In this document: one piece after another, positions 24,495 to 34,737 of the stretch
Layout of the letters: each line of letters starts with the position of its first letter
Numbering within the stretch: position 1 is the stretch's first letter
DNA from: Macrostomum lignano
Lineage: Eukaryota
DNA: 64,000 nt
Assembly: GCA_002269645.1 (NCBI GenBank)
Contig: NIVC01000127.1
Span: forward strand, 434,001-498,000
Direction of reading: 5' to 3'
The notes under the pieces: generated by a model
What the model was told of the DNA's origin: nothing
Seen by the model: only the letters and a program-made list of their open reading frames with translations
Databases searched by the model: none
Program-made: the position numbers and the translations under genes

Positions 24495-24790
24495 CTGCTC
24501 CCTACTGGCCAGTCACTTTAGCCGCTCCCTACTGTCCGGTCACTTTAGCCGCTCCCTACTGTCCGGTCACTTTAGCCGCTTCCTACTGTCCGGTCACTTT
24601 AGCCGCTCCCTACTGTCCGGTCACTTTAGCCGCTCCCTACTGGCCGGTCACTTTAGCCGCTCCCTACTATTCGGTCACTTTAGCCGCTCCCTACTGTCCG
24701 GTCACTTTAGCCGCTCCCTACTGGCCGTTCCCTACTGGCCGCTCCCTACTGGCCGCTCCCTACTATTCGGTCACTTTAGCCGCTCCCTAA
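24495..24790. repeat. 27-bp minisatellite (CTCCCTACTGTCCGGTCACTTTAGCCG)n in AP5Z1 intron 3
   Basis: About 10 units. Confidence 0.92.
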
Positions 24791-24829
24791 CTGTCCGACA
24801 ACTTTGGCTTATTATTCAATGCAACAAAC

Positions 24830-25174
24830 CTGCGCAGGCGGAGGTGCCGGTCCAAGCAGCTGGGCGTAGAGACCCTCCATCCGGGTGAAATACCTGGCCA
24901 GCAGGCCGGAGTCCAGGCGGCACAACAGGCAGGCCAATTCGGCAGTCTCATTGAGCAGGGCGGGCATAACGGAATCGGCGTCGGCTTGAGCAGCCGGTTT
25001 TCTCTCGCACTGATCCAGCAGCTGCCAGCACAGGCTGTGCAAGTCCGATTTCACGGCCAGCCCGGTGCGGGCGACGCTGGCCGGGCTGCCGCATTCCAGC
25101 AGGCAGAGCAGCCAGCGTCGGAGAACGGAGAAAGCGGCGTGGCTCAACTCCAAGTCGGGGCTCCAGTGCGGGAA
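24830..25174 (-). CDS. AP5Z1: AP5Z1 exon 3
   Basis: HAAFSVLRRWLL and LLDQCERK...LLCRLD match recalled VQAFSMLRAWLL and LIEQSNRR...VLCRQD. Acceptor ttttccccacag|TTC, donor CAG|gtttgt. Confidence 0.9.
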
Positions 25175-25322
25175 CTGTGGGGAAAAAGGCCACGTCAGAG
25201 CGCCAAGACTACTGTTAGTAACATTTCTTGCGTGTCCGATAGAAAGCACCAACAATTGGAATTTGTTGAATAAGGCAAACCAAATAAATTGATAATATCC
25301 CTTCCCCACACTCCCCAATTAC

Positions 25323-25711
25323 CTGATGTGCGCAGGTGAGAAACTGCTGACCAACCTGCTGACCAACTGGCTGCCCGTCAATCTCCGTCACTGCAGCCGC
25401 TGAGGCAGCGCTGACGCCGCCGACAGCCGATGCGGGCGAGCCGCCGCCGCCGCCGCCGAACTCGCCGGAGAGCCAGGCGCGGCCAGGCCAGCGAAGGATG
25501 TCAACCAAGGCGCACAGGCAGGCGTGCAGGCGATCGTCAGATAGCAACAACGATGACGCTTGCTGCTGCTGCTTTTGCCGGCGACAAGCGTCGGCTAGGC
25601 GAGTGAGAAAGGCCAAGCACTGTAGCCGCCTCGCCGGGCTGGCCCGCTCGCCGCCACCCTGCGGACTTGACAGCTCGCGTGTCGCCTGCCCAATTAGCGA
25701 TTCGGCTGAGG
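25323..25711 (-). CDS. AP5Z1: AP5Z1 exon 2
   Basis: LVDILRW...AVTEIDG resembles recalled LVDWLRY...PVTEVDG. Acceptor ttcgcag|CC (phase 1), donor CAG|gtaatt. Confidence 0.85.
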
Positions 25712-25799
25712 CTGCGAAATTAAATAGGCGTTTCATTGTGTAGGTGCAGTTAGGCGCAAATAGATTCCCTAAAACGTACAGGAGCCAGAGCTAGGGGGC

Positions 25800-26135
25800 G
25801 CGAGCTAGAGCCCGGCAGCAGAGTGGGCACAGCTACAGAGGGGGCGCCAGCTACGGAGGGTTGCGCCAGCTTCAGAGGGGGCGCCAGCTACAAAGGGGGC
25901 GCCAGCTATAGAGGGGGCACCAGCTACAGAGAGGGCGCCAGCTACAGAGGGGGCGCCAGCTACAGAGGGGGCGCCAGCTACAGAGAGGGCGCCAGCTACA
26001 GTACAGAGGGCGCCAGCTACAGAGGGCGCCAGCTACAGTACAGAGGGCGCCAGCTACAGAGGGGGCGCCAGCTACAGAGGGGGCGCCAGCTACAGAGGGG
26101 GCGCCAGCTACAGAGGGGGCGCCAGCTACAGAGGC
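25800..26135. repeat. 18-bp minisatellite (GGGGGCGCCAGCTACAGA)n in AP5Z1 intron 1
   Basis: About 17 diverged units. Confidence 0.92.
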
Positions 26136-26190
26136 CCCTGCGACTGTTGCTGGAGGATGGCTGCCGTGACTAAATTAATGAAAATCTCAC

Positions 26191-26644
26191 TAGCGGTCAG
26201 GCAGTCGGAGGAGCGCAGCAGGCCCAGGAGTTCGCCAGCCGCGGCGTCCAAAGCGGCTGACATCGCCTGCCGATGAGCCTCAAAAAAAGCTGACCGCCGG
26301 CCATCGAAATAATAATCAATTAAAGTGTCAAGCAAAGCTCCGGCGGCCTCTTTGGCAAAGATGAAGCGTTGCTGCTGCTGTTTCGGCTGCCCAGCAACAG
26401 TTGCTACCCGGGCAATGAGACGCACAGTCATGCGGAGCTGGTTAGGCGCCAGGTCGCACAGGCCGGCCACGGCGTACCGAGCGCGCAGCCGGTGCAGCAG
26501 GCTGTTCAAATCTGGCAGATCAACGCCAGTGCCGTCGGCAGCGAATTCGAATGCCTCATCGTGCCGGCTGAGCAGCAATTCGAGTTCGCGAAGGCTGACC
26601 GATTCGGCCTGACGAATCTGGGCCTCGTAGGCTGTGCGGTTCAT
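26191..26644 (-). CDS. AP5Z1: AP5Z1 exon 1
   Basis: MNRTAYEAQIRQAESVSLRELELLLSR resembles recalled MFSAGAESLLHQAREIQDEELKKFCSR. Donor A|gtgaga at 26191/26190 (phase 1) gives a six-exon 868-aa frame. Confidence 0.78.
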
Positions 26645-26744
26645 GCTGCTGGCTTAGCCTATGTTGACTCAGTGGCGCTGCTGGAATATTAGGAACAGCG
26701 GCCTGGTGCGATTGAGCCTGCATGTTTGTAATCCAGTCAGTACT

Positions 26745-27190
26745 CTGTCCATCCTGTCCTGTTTACAGTCCATCCTGTCCTGTTTACAGTCCATCCTGTC
26801 CTGTTTACAGTCCATCCTGTCCTGTTTACAGTCCATCCTGTCCTGTTTACAGTCCATCCTGTCCTGTTTACAGTCCATCCTGTCCTGTTTACTGCCTACC
26901 CTGTCCTGTTTACAGTCCATCCTGCCCTGTTTACAGTCCATCCTGTCCTGTTTACAGTCTATCCTGTCCTGTTTACAGTCCATCCTGTCCTGTTTACAGC
27001 CTACCCTGTCTTGTTTACAGTCTATCCTGTCCTGTTTACTGCCTACCCTGTCTTGTTTACTGCCTATCATGCCCTGTTTACAGTCTATCCTGTCCTGTTT
27101 ACAGTCTATCATGCCCTGTTTACAGTCTATCCTGTCCTGTTTACAGTCCATCCTGTCCTGTTTACAGTCTATCCTGCCCTGTTTACTGTC
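26745..27190. repeat. 21-bp minisatellite (TGTTTACAGTCCATCCTGTCC)n upstream of AP5Z1
   Basis: About 21 units. Confidence 0.94.
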
Positions 27191-27946
27191 TACTCAGAGT
27201 CTGTCCTGAACAAATGGCAAAACAACTACAATGAGACATCAGTGGAGCAGAACGCTGAGGTGCAATTTGCGGAACGCAGTCTTTTTTGTATTTCTGCTTT
27301 TTGTCAGACGAGTGTTTCAACAACAAAAAGCTGAACAATAGAAAAAAGCGCAAGAAACGGTTGCGAAGCGAGCTGAAGGAGTGAAATTTAGACAGCTAGC
27401 TACTAGAGTGAGAACAAAGGTGCCGGCGTACCTTAATGAAATTACTAAATTTCCTGTATAGCAGAAATGATGCAGAGTTCGCTAATTTTGATATTAATTT
27501 AACTCACCCACAAGATTAATTTAGACAAAGGACTGAAGCTGATATAAAAACACTGAATAATACATGAACAAAAAAATAAGCTGGCTAAATATGGATAAGC
27601 TGGAAAATTGCCAGAACAGACAGACAGGACCTGTACACACGACGGTAGTGGGGATAAATTGTGCAACATTAGAATAGATAAATAAATATTGGTTATTAAT
27701 AGCTTACCCTTAGCTTGTCTACCCTGAACACACAACTGTAATTACCGGGCAAAGTCGGCTACTATAATTTGGGACAATTGAATTAAGAATATTATTAAAC
27801 TAAAAGCATTACAGTTACAACAACAATTAGGGAATTGTATGATTATGTAACAAAAGAAAAGTTATATTAGAATTGCAAGTTTTACAAAAAGAAATTGTTT
27901 TGCTTTTTTAAGTCTGCGTCACCGTGGCTGCGTGAGCACGAGTCAC

Positions 27947-27981
27947 TCAGTAGCGGAGGAAAATCTCAATGTAGCGGGTGC
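27947..27981 (-). CDS. HNRNPF/H: hnRNP F/H-like protein, exon 4 (G|TRYIEIFLRY*)
   Basis: Acceptor cattccag|GC (phase 1) supplies the RYIEIF strand completing qRRM4; TGA at 27949-27947. Confidence 0.85.
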
Positions 27982-28126
27982 CTGGAATGTTTTTTTGTTT
28001 AAAGTGCACAATGTACGCGAGTAGATCTGAGCCTATTAAATCCATGTATTAATCTGTACAGAAAGTCTGAAGTCAACACTGCTGAACCAGACGTAAAAAT
28101 TCAACACAAAACTGTCACGTGTCACG

Positions 28127-28385
28127 TGACTGCTCAAAATTTATCTCATCACTGCTCAAACCCTAACTGCACCCGTATCACTGCTCAAACCCTAACACCT
28201 GTCACTGCTCAAACCCTAACACCCGCCAATGCTCAAACCCTAACACCCGTCACTGCTCAAACCCTAACACCCGCCAATGCTCAAACCCTAACACCCGTCA
28301 CTGCTCAAACTCTAACACCTGTCACTGCTCAAACCCTAATACCCGTCACTGCTCAAATCTTAGCCCATCACTGCTCAAACCCTAA
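28127..28385. repeat. 24-bp minisatellite (TCACTGCTCAAACCCTAACACCCG)n in hnRNP intron 3
   Basis: About 10 units. Confidence 0.88.
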
Positions 28386-28405
28386 CGCAATCCCAGCTAG
28401 CTCAC

Positions 28406-28592
28406 CAAGGCAATCGCCGTTGCGAGCCAGAGCTTTCTGCTGCTCGTCGGCAGTATTAAAGAACACATCCGCTTCGCCGGAGCTACGGCCGCTTGCGTCT
28501 GGCAGCACATTGACTCTGGCCGGCTGCAGCGGATAGAAAAAGTTGACAATCTCCCGCTCGCCGGCTGACCAGGGCAGGCCGCGCAGGTGCAG
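28406..28592 (-). CDS. HNRNPF/H: hnRNP F/H-like exon 3 (qRRM4)
   Basis: LHLRGLPWSAGEREIVNFF...GRSSGEADVFF. Acceptor atttcag|CTG, donor G|gtgagc. Confidence 0.9.
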
Positions 28593-28627
28593 CTGAAATT
28601 TCAGTGGGATTCCAGCTACTTTAATAA

Positions 28628-29180
28628 GCATCACTAGCTACTCCAATGAGCATCACTAGCTACTCCAATGAGCATCACTAGCTACTCCAATGAGCATCAC
28701 TAGCTACTCCAATGAGCATCACTAGCTACTCCAATGAGCATCACTAGCTACTCCAATGAGCATCACTAGCTACTCCAATGAGCATCACTAGCTACTCCAA
28801 TGAGCATCACTAGCTACTCCAATGAGCATCACTAGCTACTCCAATGAGCATCACTAGCTACTCCAATGAGCATCACTAGCTACTCCAATGAGCATCACTA
28901 GCTACTCCAATGAGCATCACTAGCTACTCCAATGAGCATCACTAGCTACTCCAATGAGCATCACTAGCTACTCCAATGAGCATCACTAGCTACTCCAATG
29001 AGCATCACTAGCTACTCCAATGAGCATCACTAGCTACTCCAATGAGCATCACTAGCTACTCCAATGAGCATCACTAGCTACTCCAATGAGCATCACTAGC
29101 TACTCCAATGAGCATCACTAGCTACTTCAATGAGCATCACTAGCTACTTCAATGAGCATCATTAGCTACTCCAATGAGTA
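28628..29180. repeat. 22-bp minisatellite (GCATCACTAGCTACTCCAATGA)n in hnRNP intron 2
   Basis: About 25 nearly identical units. Confidence 0.96.
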
Positions 29181-29303
29181 CTATGTAAGATGCAATAAGC
29201 ATCCAAAGAATGCCACTATCTGCAGGAGAGAGCGCCACTTGCAGTAGCCGCCAAAGCAGTTATTATTGGCACAAAATTGCTCAAATTATAATCGATTGCT
29301 CAC

Positions 29304-30000
29304 CTTAAAAGCCCCGACACCTCGTCCCATGCCGCCGCCGCCGCCACCCATGCCGCCGCGGAAGGCGCCACGCGGAGCTACGCCCATGGGGCCGCCGAAG
29401 CCAGCGCCAGCTGCGGCGCCACCAAATCCGCCGCCGCCGCCGCCGCCAGGCATGAGGCCGGGCACGCCGCCGCCGCCGTTGCCAAATCCGACTGGGCCGG
29501 CGCCGCTATCCGGAGCCTGGTGCAGAAACAAATCAATATAACGCGGGCCCATGTGCTGCTTATCCTTAGCCATGGCCGAGGCGGCGTCCTCGCCGTTGTA
29601 AAAGTCCACGTCAGCTTCGCCGCTGGGCAAACCGGCCGCGTTATAGTGCAATTCCACGTGAGCAATGCTCAGAGGGGCGAAAAATTCGGCAATCTCCTGC
29701 TCAGTAGCGGAATAGGGCAGGCCGCGCATATGCACCCAGTAGCCAGTGCGCGATGCCCAATCACTACCCGGCTTGCCCGATGACCCGAACCGCCTGCCCG
29801 CTGGCGGCCCAGCCTGATACGGACTGGGCCTGCCCAGACCCGGCCGCATTGGCATGGGCCCACCGGCCCGAGGCCCGCCCCGCATTGGGCCGCCCGCCAC
29901 CCGGCCACCCATTGCTATTGGTCCGCCAGGATAACCAGGGGGCCCGCATAACCAACACCTGGCTGTTGATAATCTCCGTAGGCACCGATGCCCGCATAGT
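29304..30000 (-). CDS. HNRNPF/H: hnRNP F/H-like exon 2 (GY-rich linker, qRRM3, Gly-rich tract); apparent 1-nt deletion at 29938-29942
   Basis: WVHMRGLPYSATEQEIAEFF...GLPSGEADVDF...HMGPRYIDLF. Acceptor cttgcag|AC, donor AAG|gtgagc. Frame is continuous only if the G5 run is G6. Confidence 0.85.
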
Positions 30001-30149
30001 CTGCAAGTAGTTATTATATTGTTTACAATAACAGTTCGAGTGGGGATGGGACGGGTGAGTGAGCTGCTTTATTAATTATATTATACTGCCATATAAAACT
30101 GCTGCAGAGTGCCCAGTCGAGGAGCATTGTGCATTCAACCAGGAGGGCA

Positions 30150-30640
30150 ATCCAATCCAACCAACAACCACCGTGGCCAATCCAATCCAATCCAACAAAC
30201 CATGTGGCCAATCCAATCCAACCACCAACCACCGTGGCCAATCCAATCCAACCAAGTGTCTAATCCAATCCATTTATTCAATCCAATCCAACCAACCATG
30301 TGGCCAATCCAACCATGTGGCCAATCCAACCAACCATGTGGCCAATCCAACCAACCATGTGGCCAATCCAACCAACCATGTGGCCAATCCAACCAACCAT
30401 GTGGCCAATCCAACCAACCATGTGGCCAATCCAACCAACCATGTGGCCAATCCAACCAACCATGTGGCCAATCCAACCAACCATGTGGCCAATCCAACCA
30501 ACCATGTGGCCAATCCAACCAACCATGTGGCCAATCCAACCAACCATGTGGCATATCCAATTCAACCATGTGGCCAATCCAACCAACCATGTGGCATATC
30601 CAATCCAACCAAGTGTCCAAACCAATCAATTTATCCAATC
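30150..30640. repeat. 21-bp minisatellite (CCAACCAACCATGTGGCCAAT)n with (CCAAT)-rich flanks in hnRNP intron 1
   Basis: Core 30300-30560 is regular; flanks are degenerate. Confidence 0.92.
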
Positions 30641-30952
30641 CAATTAAACGAACTAACCAATAAACAAGTCAACCGGCACAACCAGGCTCCAACCCAACCT
30701 CTCCGCATGACCATGAAAATCCAGCCAGATTATCAATTGAAACGAACGCGCGGAACCACTTACCTGACAGACCATATCCAACCAACCAATCGATTAGCCA
30801 TTTCCAGCAATACTTTGATCGCATCGCAAACTATGCGAGTAGATGCCGTGTATAATTCAGTTGATAGATACACAATGTGATTCACTAACCATAACAGCAG
30901 CGATATGCAAAAAACATGATAAGAAACAAAAAACGATAAAGAAATAACTCAC

Positions 30953-31565
30953 CGCCCGAGTACATCTGCTGCAAACTCTGCTGCCTATTAGCCTCAGCAT
31001 AGGCCTCGCCCATAGAGCTGGGGAACAGCTCAATATAACGGTGGCCCATATTCTCCTTGTTTTTAGACATTGCTCGCATAGCAACGTCAGGAGCGGTGAA
31101 CTGCACGTAGGCCTCGCCAGACGGCTTGCCGCTATCGTTATAGACCATCAGTATGCCGTCCTTCACAATAGTGTAGCCGTGGAAGAACTCTCTAATAGAG
31201 GCGAAATCGGCCGAGAATGGCAGGCCGCGCATGCGCAGCACGGGCTCGCGCAGCGAGGAATCCGAGCCGGACCTGGGCAGCACAAATTTCATCTCGTTCT
31301 CATTAGACGGAAACAGTTCAACGTAGCGCTTGCCAATGTGCTTCCGGTCGAATTGCATAGCCGATTTAGCGTCGTCAACTGTGTCAAATTCCACGTAGGC
31401 CTCGCCGGACGGCCGGCCGAGTCCGTCGCGGGTCAGATGGACGCCTTTTTGGCCATCTTTCACAGCGCAGCCTTCGAAGAATTCAACAATAGTCTCCGGG
31501 GTTACATCGAAGGGTAGGCCGCGCATACGAATCACGCTGCTCTGCACGTCACCGTTAGATGGCAT
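30953..31565 (-). CDS. HNRNPF/H: hnRNP F/H (Glorund/GRSF1 family) exon 1, qRRM1 and qRRM2
   Basis: VIRMRGLPF...GRPSGEAYVEF...HIGKRYVELF and VLRMRGLPF...GKPSGEAYVQF...NMGHRYIELF. Donor G|gtgagt (phase 1). Confidence 0.95.
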
Positions 31566-32691
31566 TTTGTGTTTGCTATATGGGTTAAACTTGATCCTTA
31601 ATCAATAATGATGATTGATTTATTATTGCTTGAGCTGGTGAACTAATTCAGCTGAAAACATGATTATTATTGTTGGTATATTAGATTCCAGATTATGCAT
31701 TGATAAAATAATAATAAGACAAACTTCTATCTACCTCATAAAATTAAATATAAATATATAAGCAATTTGGAAATCGGCATTATAATATATAATGGACAGT
31801 GACAACAATAAATGGCATTGTGAACAAGCATAATGAAGATTGATATTGAAAAATAAGCCATTTGATATAATGCTAATTAGATCTAGTGGTGCTACTGTAC
31901 ATGTAGCACTTGCTTATTCCATACCAAGTGCTTGCTTTTAGCTAAAGACCTAAAGATGAGTTCTCTCTATAGCCTTGAGAGTCAGCAGAGTCAAGTTGTT
32001 GCTCTGTGGTCTGCCCTGCAGTATAGAGTGGAGCCAAAATTGCTAATCATCTTCTCTAAATCCATAGTGAGAACAGCATTAGGAAAACAGCTATTTGAGG
32101 ATGAATCCAATAGTTCAAATATGGCCAGTCCAATTTGAATGACCAGGTAGCCACACTCCAGCCATCCCCACAGGGTGAAAACTTGACTCCGTTGACTCTC
32201 AAGGCTCTGGTGAGAACTACATCATTAAATCTTTAGCCAAAAGCAAGCGCTTGGTATAGAATAAGCAAGTGCTAGCACCACTAGATCTGATTAGCAATTT
32301 AATTGGTTTAATCCATAGACATTTCCACATCTTTTTGACAAATTTAAAGTTAACTTTTGCAAAAAATGATAATGGAAAAAGGACACCATAGACATTTGAG
32401 GTTATGTAGCATTAATATTAACCTTCCTTCACATTTCCTAGTGTAACTCTCAACTGAAACTAAATAAAAGGGAAATTCAAATGACAAGTTTTTTTTTAAA
32501 TTATCATTAGTTTGATAGGTAAAATATAAAAAAATGGTCAAGGTACTAAGGAGCTAGAACAAACATTCTGGGAACTTTTGGGACACCTCTCATATATGCA
32601 CTCATATGGCAAAGTCTAGGGGGGTTAGGTCTGGCAACTGTGGTGGCCAGAATGATATGCTTTTTGTCAACCAATTCTGTACATTGGTTAT

Positions 32692-33138
32692 ATCAGCAAA
32701 TGGAGTACAACGCACTTGCGGGAAGTTTGCTTGCCAAACTTTGCTTGCAGAATTTTGATGTCTGCTTCCTAGAAGTTTGTAATCACTACTGCAAGGTTTT
32801 AATTTGCTGAATTATTTTCTTGTTTGCTTGCTTGTGAAGTTGGCCAGTCAATTACTACTTACTGCAGATGCTTTGCAAGTGGATTCTTATCAGCATCAAT
32901 GTAAACTGACTTGATACTAAGCTTTCAAACTAGGCTTATAGAGTTTCATTCTAAGAATTTAGTATATAGAATGATTAGAGATCAAATCTTGATCAATTCT
33001 TGGAAAATTGGCAAATTTCTGCAAGCAAACTTCCTGCAAGCAAACTTTGGCAAGCTTATATGCAGCAAGCAAAATTCGGCAAGCAGAGTTCTGCAAGCGA
33101 AGTTTGGCAAGCAAATTTCATAGACCCATCAGCAAATG
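32692..33138. mobile_element. Probable foldback/MITE relic
   Basis: 31-bp inverted arms 32722-32752 and 33089-33119 (GAAGTTTGCTTGCCAAACTTTGCTTGCAGAA); flanking 11-bp direct repeat ATCAGCAAATG at 32692 and 33128. Confidence 0.55.
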
Positions 33139-33951
33139 CACCATCCTGCTAAAAAGCATATAGCTTACCCACTATGATTTTAGTTACCCATAGCAACACA
33201 TATTCCTCCAAAGTGGCATTGTACTCAACTATATATAAAGGGTGATAACCCTTGGTAAATGATATAGATAGCATAACCATACCATTAGAAATGACAACTT
33301 TAAGCATTGTGACTAAGATAGGATGCCTAGTAGTAAACACCAATTGACCTTCTCTGTCATCACTATTGAAGCTGACAAATCAATAATTCTGCTTATTAAA
33401 GTGGATCCATAAACTGTAAATGTCTTTTTTGTTAAAGAAGATCAAGTTTTACTTCAATAAACTTTCCAAAGTATTTAGAATTTTTTTAACATTCTAGACA
33501 AACTTTTCTGTTTATTGATCAGTACTAGCTATTCAGTATATAAAAGAAAAGTGCTGCCAACCTTGTGTATAGCTTTATAGCACCTAACATAAGAGCACCT
33601 AGATATAAATGCATCAATTATAGTTTTAAACTTATTTGATTAAGGAAATATATAGGTTTTTATATTAACTATGTTAAAGATAAGAATAATATTTATATAA
33701 TTTGTATTTTAAATTATAGGCAAAAAATATAGGATTTATATATATTAACCTCTTGAAATTTTGCTAGCTCAGCCTAAGTGCAATTAACAGGTTATTTTAT
33801 AAAAATATAACTTTTATACATTTTAAATGTTTAAAAATTGCAATGTCTTATTTAAGCCATACTTTCTTTTTTATATTTTACTCATCTTTTTCTTATAATT
33901 ATTCATAAAAAAGCATTGCTATACATTAAAAATGGCACAAAAAATACTAAT

Positions 33952-34737
33952 GGCTCATTCCATATAAGCACGGTCGTAACATGACAGGTTATTTTTACTT
34001 ATAAAATGAAATCTAATAATAGAATATGCTAAACCAATATTTTAAATGAAAGATTATTTTGTCTAGAATATATTTATAGAGTTTCATATAGATATCATCA
34101 TTAGTATAGATGCTATTAAACCTTAAATGACACTTATGGTCGTAACGACAGGATTTTTGACATATAGAAACTAAAAGGTAAAAGTCTTATAACATTTTTC
34201 ATTTTTGATATTTTGCAATACATTTTTAAAATTTGACTAAGAACATCTTAAGAAATCATACTCTTTTATTAGAATATATAAACTCAAAAGGCAACAAAGA
34301 TACAAAAGAAAAGGCAGCCTTATGGTCGTAACATTATGGTCGTAACATATTTTTTTCTGTCAATTCAGTAACTTTGAGGTACTAATACATTAAAAATATA
34401 ATAGATTATTTGGTCACCAATGCTTTTATCTAATGATGCAAGTACTATACTTTTATCTATAGTTTGTTTCAACCTTCAAAAGCTTTCTATTTGTTTTTAA
34501 AAGGTACAAAATCTTAATGATGTCTTTTGCTTCGAAAAATGTCCAAATTTTTATAAAAATGACTTTTTGCCACTTGATAACATACTAATCCAACATTTTA
34601 CCATTCCTTTATTCTTAGATTGTATATATTGCACATAAAAAACATTTGGTAAAAAAATAGGCTAATTAGGCAATGGCAAGCAAAAATATTGACTTTTTTC
34701 TATTTTCCAAATATGTCCATCTTATATGGAATGAGCC
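33952..34737. mobile_element. Non-autonomous DNA transposon (786 bp) with 17-bp TIRs and a TAAT target duplication
   Basis: GGCTCATTCCATATAAG at 33952-33968 and its exact reverse complement at 34721-34737; TAAT on both flanks; internal GGTCGTAAC motif x4. Confidence 0.8.

Noticed and set aside
26126-26135. CT|GTAGCT in the 18-bp repeat as the AP5Z1 exon 1 donor (a second donor array)
   Set aside because: It is phase 2 and incompatible with the phase-1 acceptor at 25711; the upstream A|GTGAGA at 26191 fits phase and consensus better
33350-34105. C/D-box snoRNA candidates (GTGATGA at about 33360 and ATGATGA at about 34100, minus strand)
   Set aside because: No CTGA D box or terminal stem at a suitable distance
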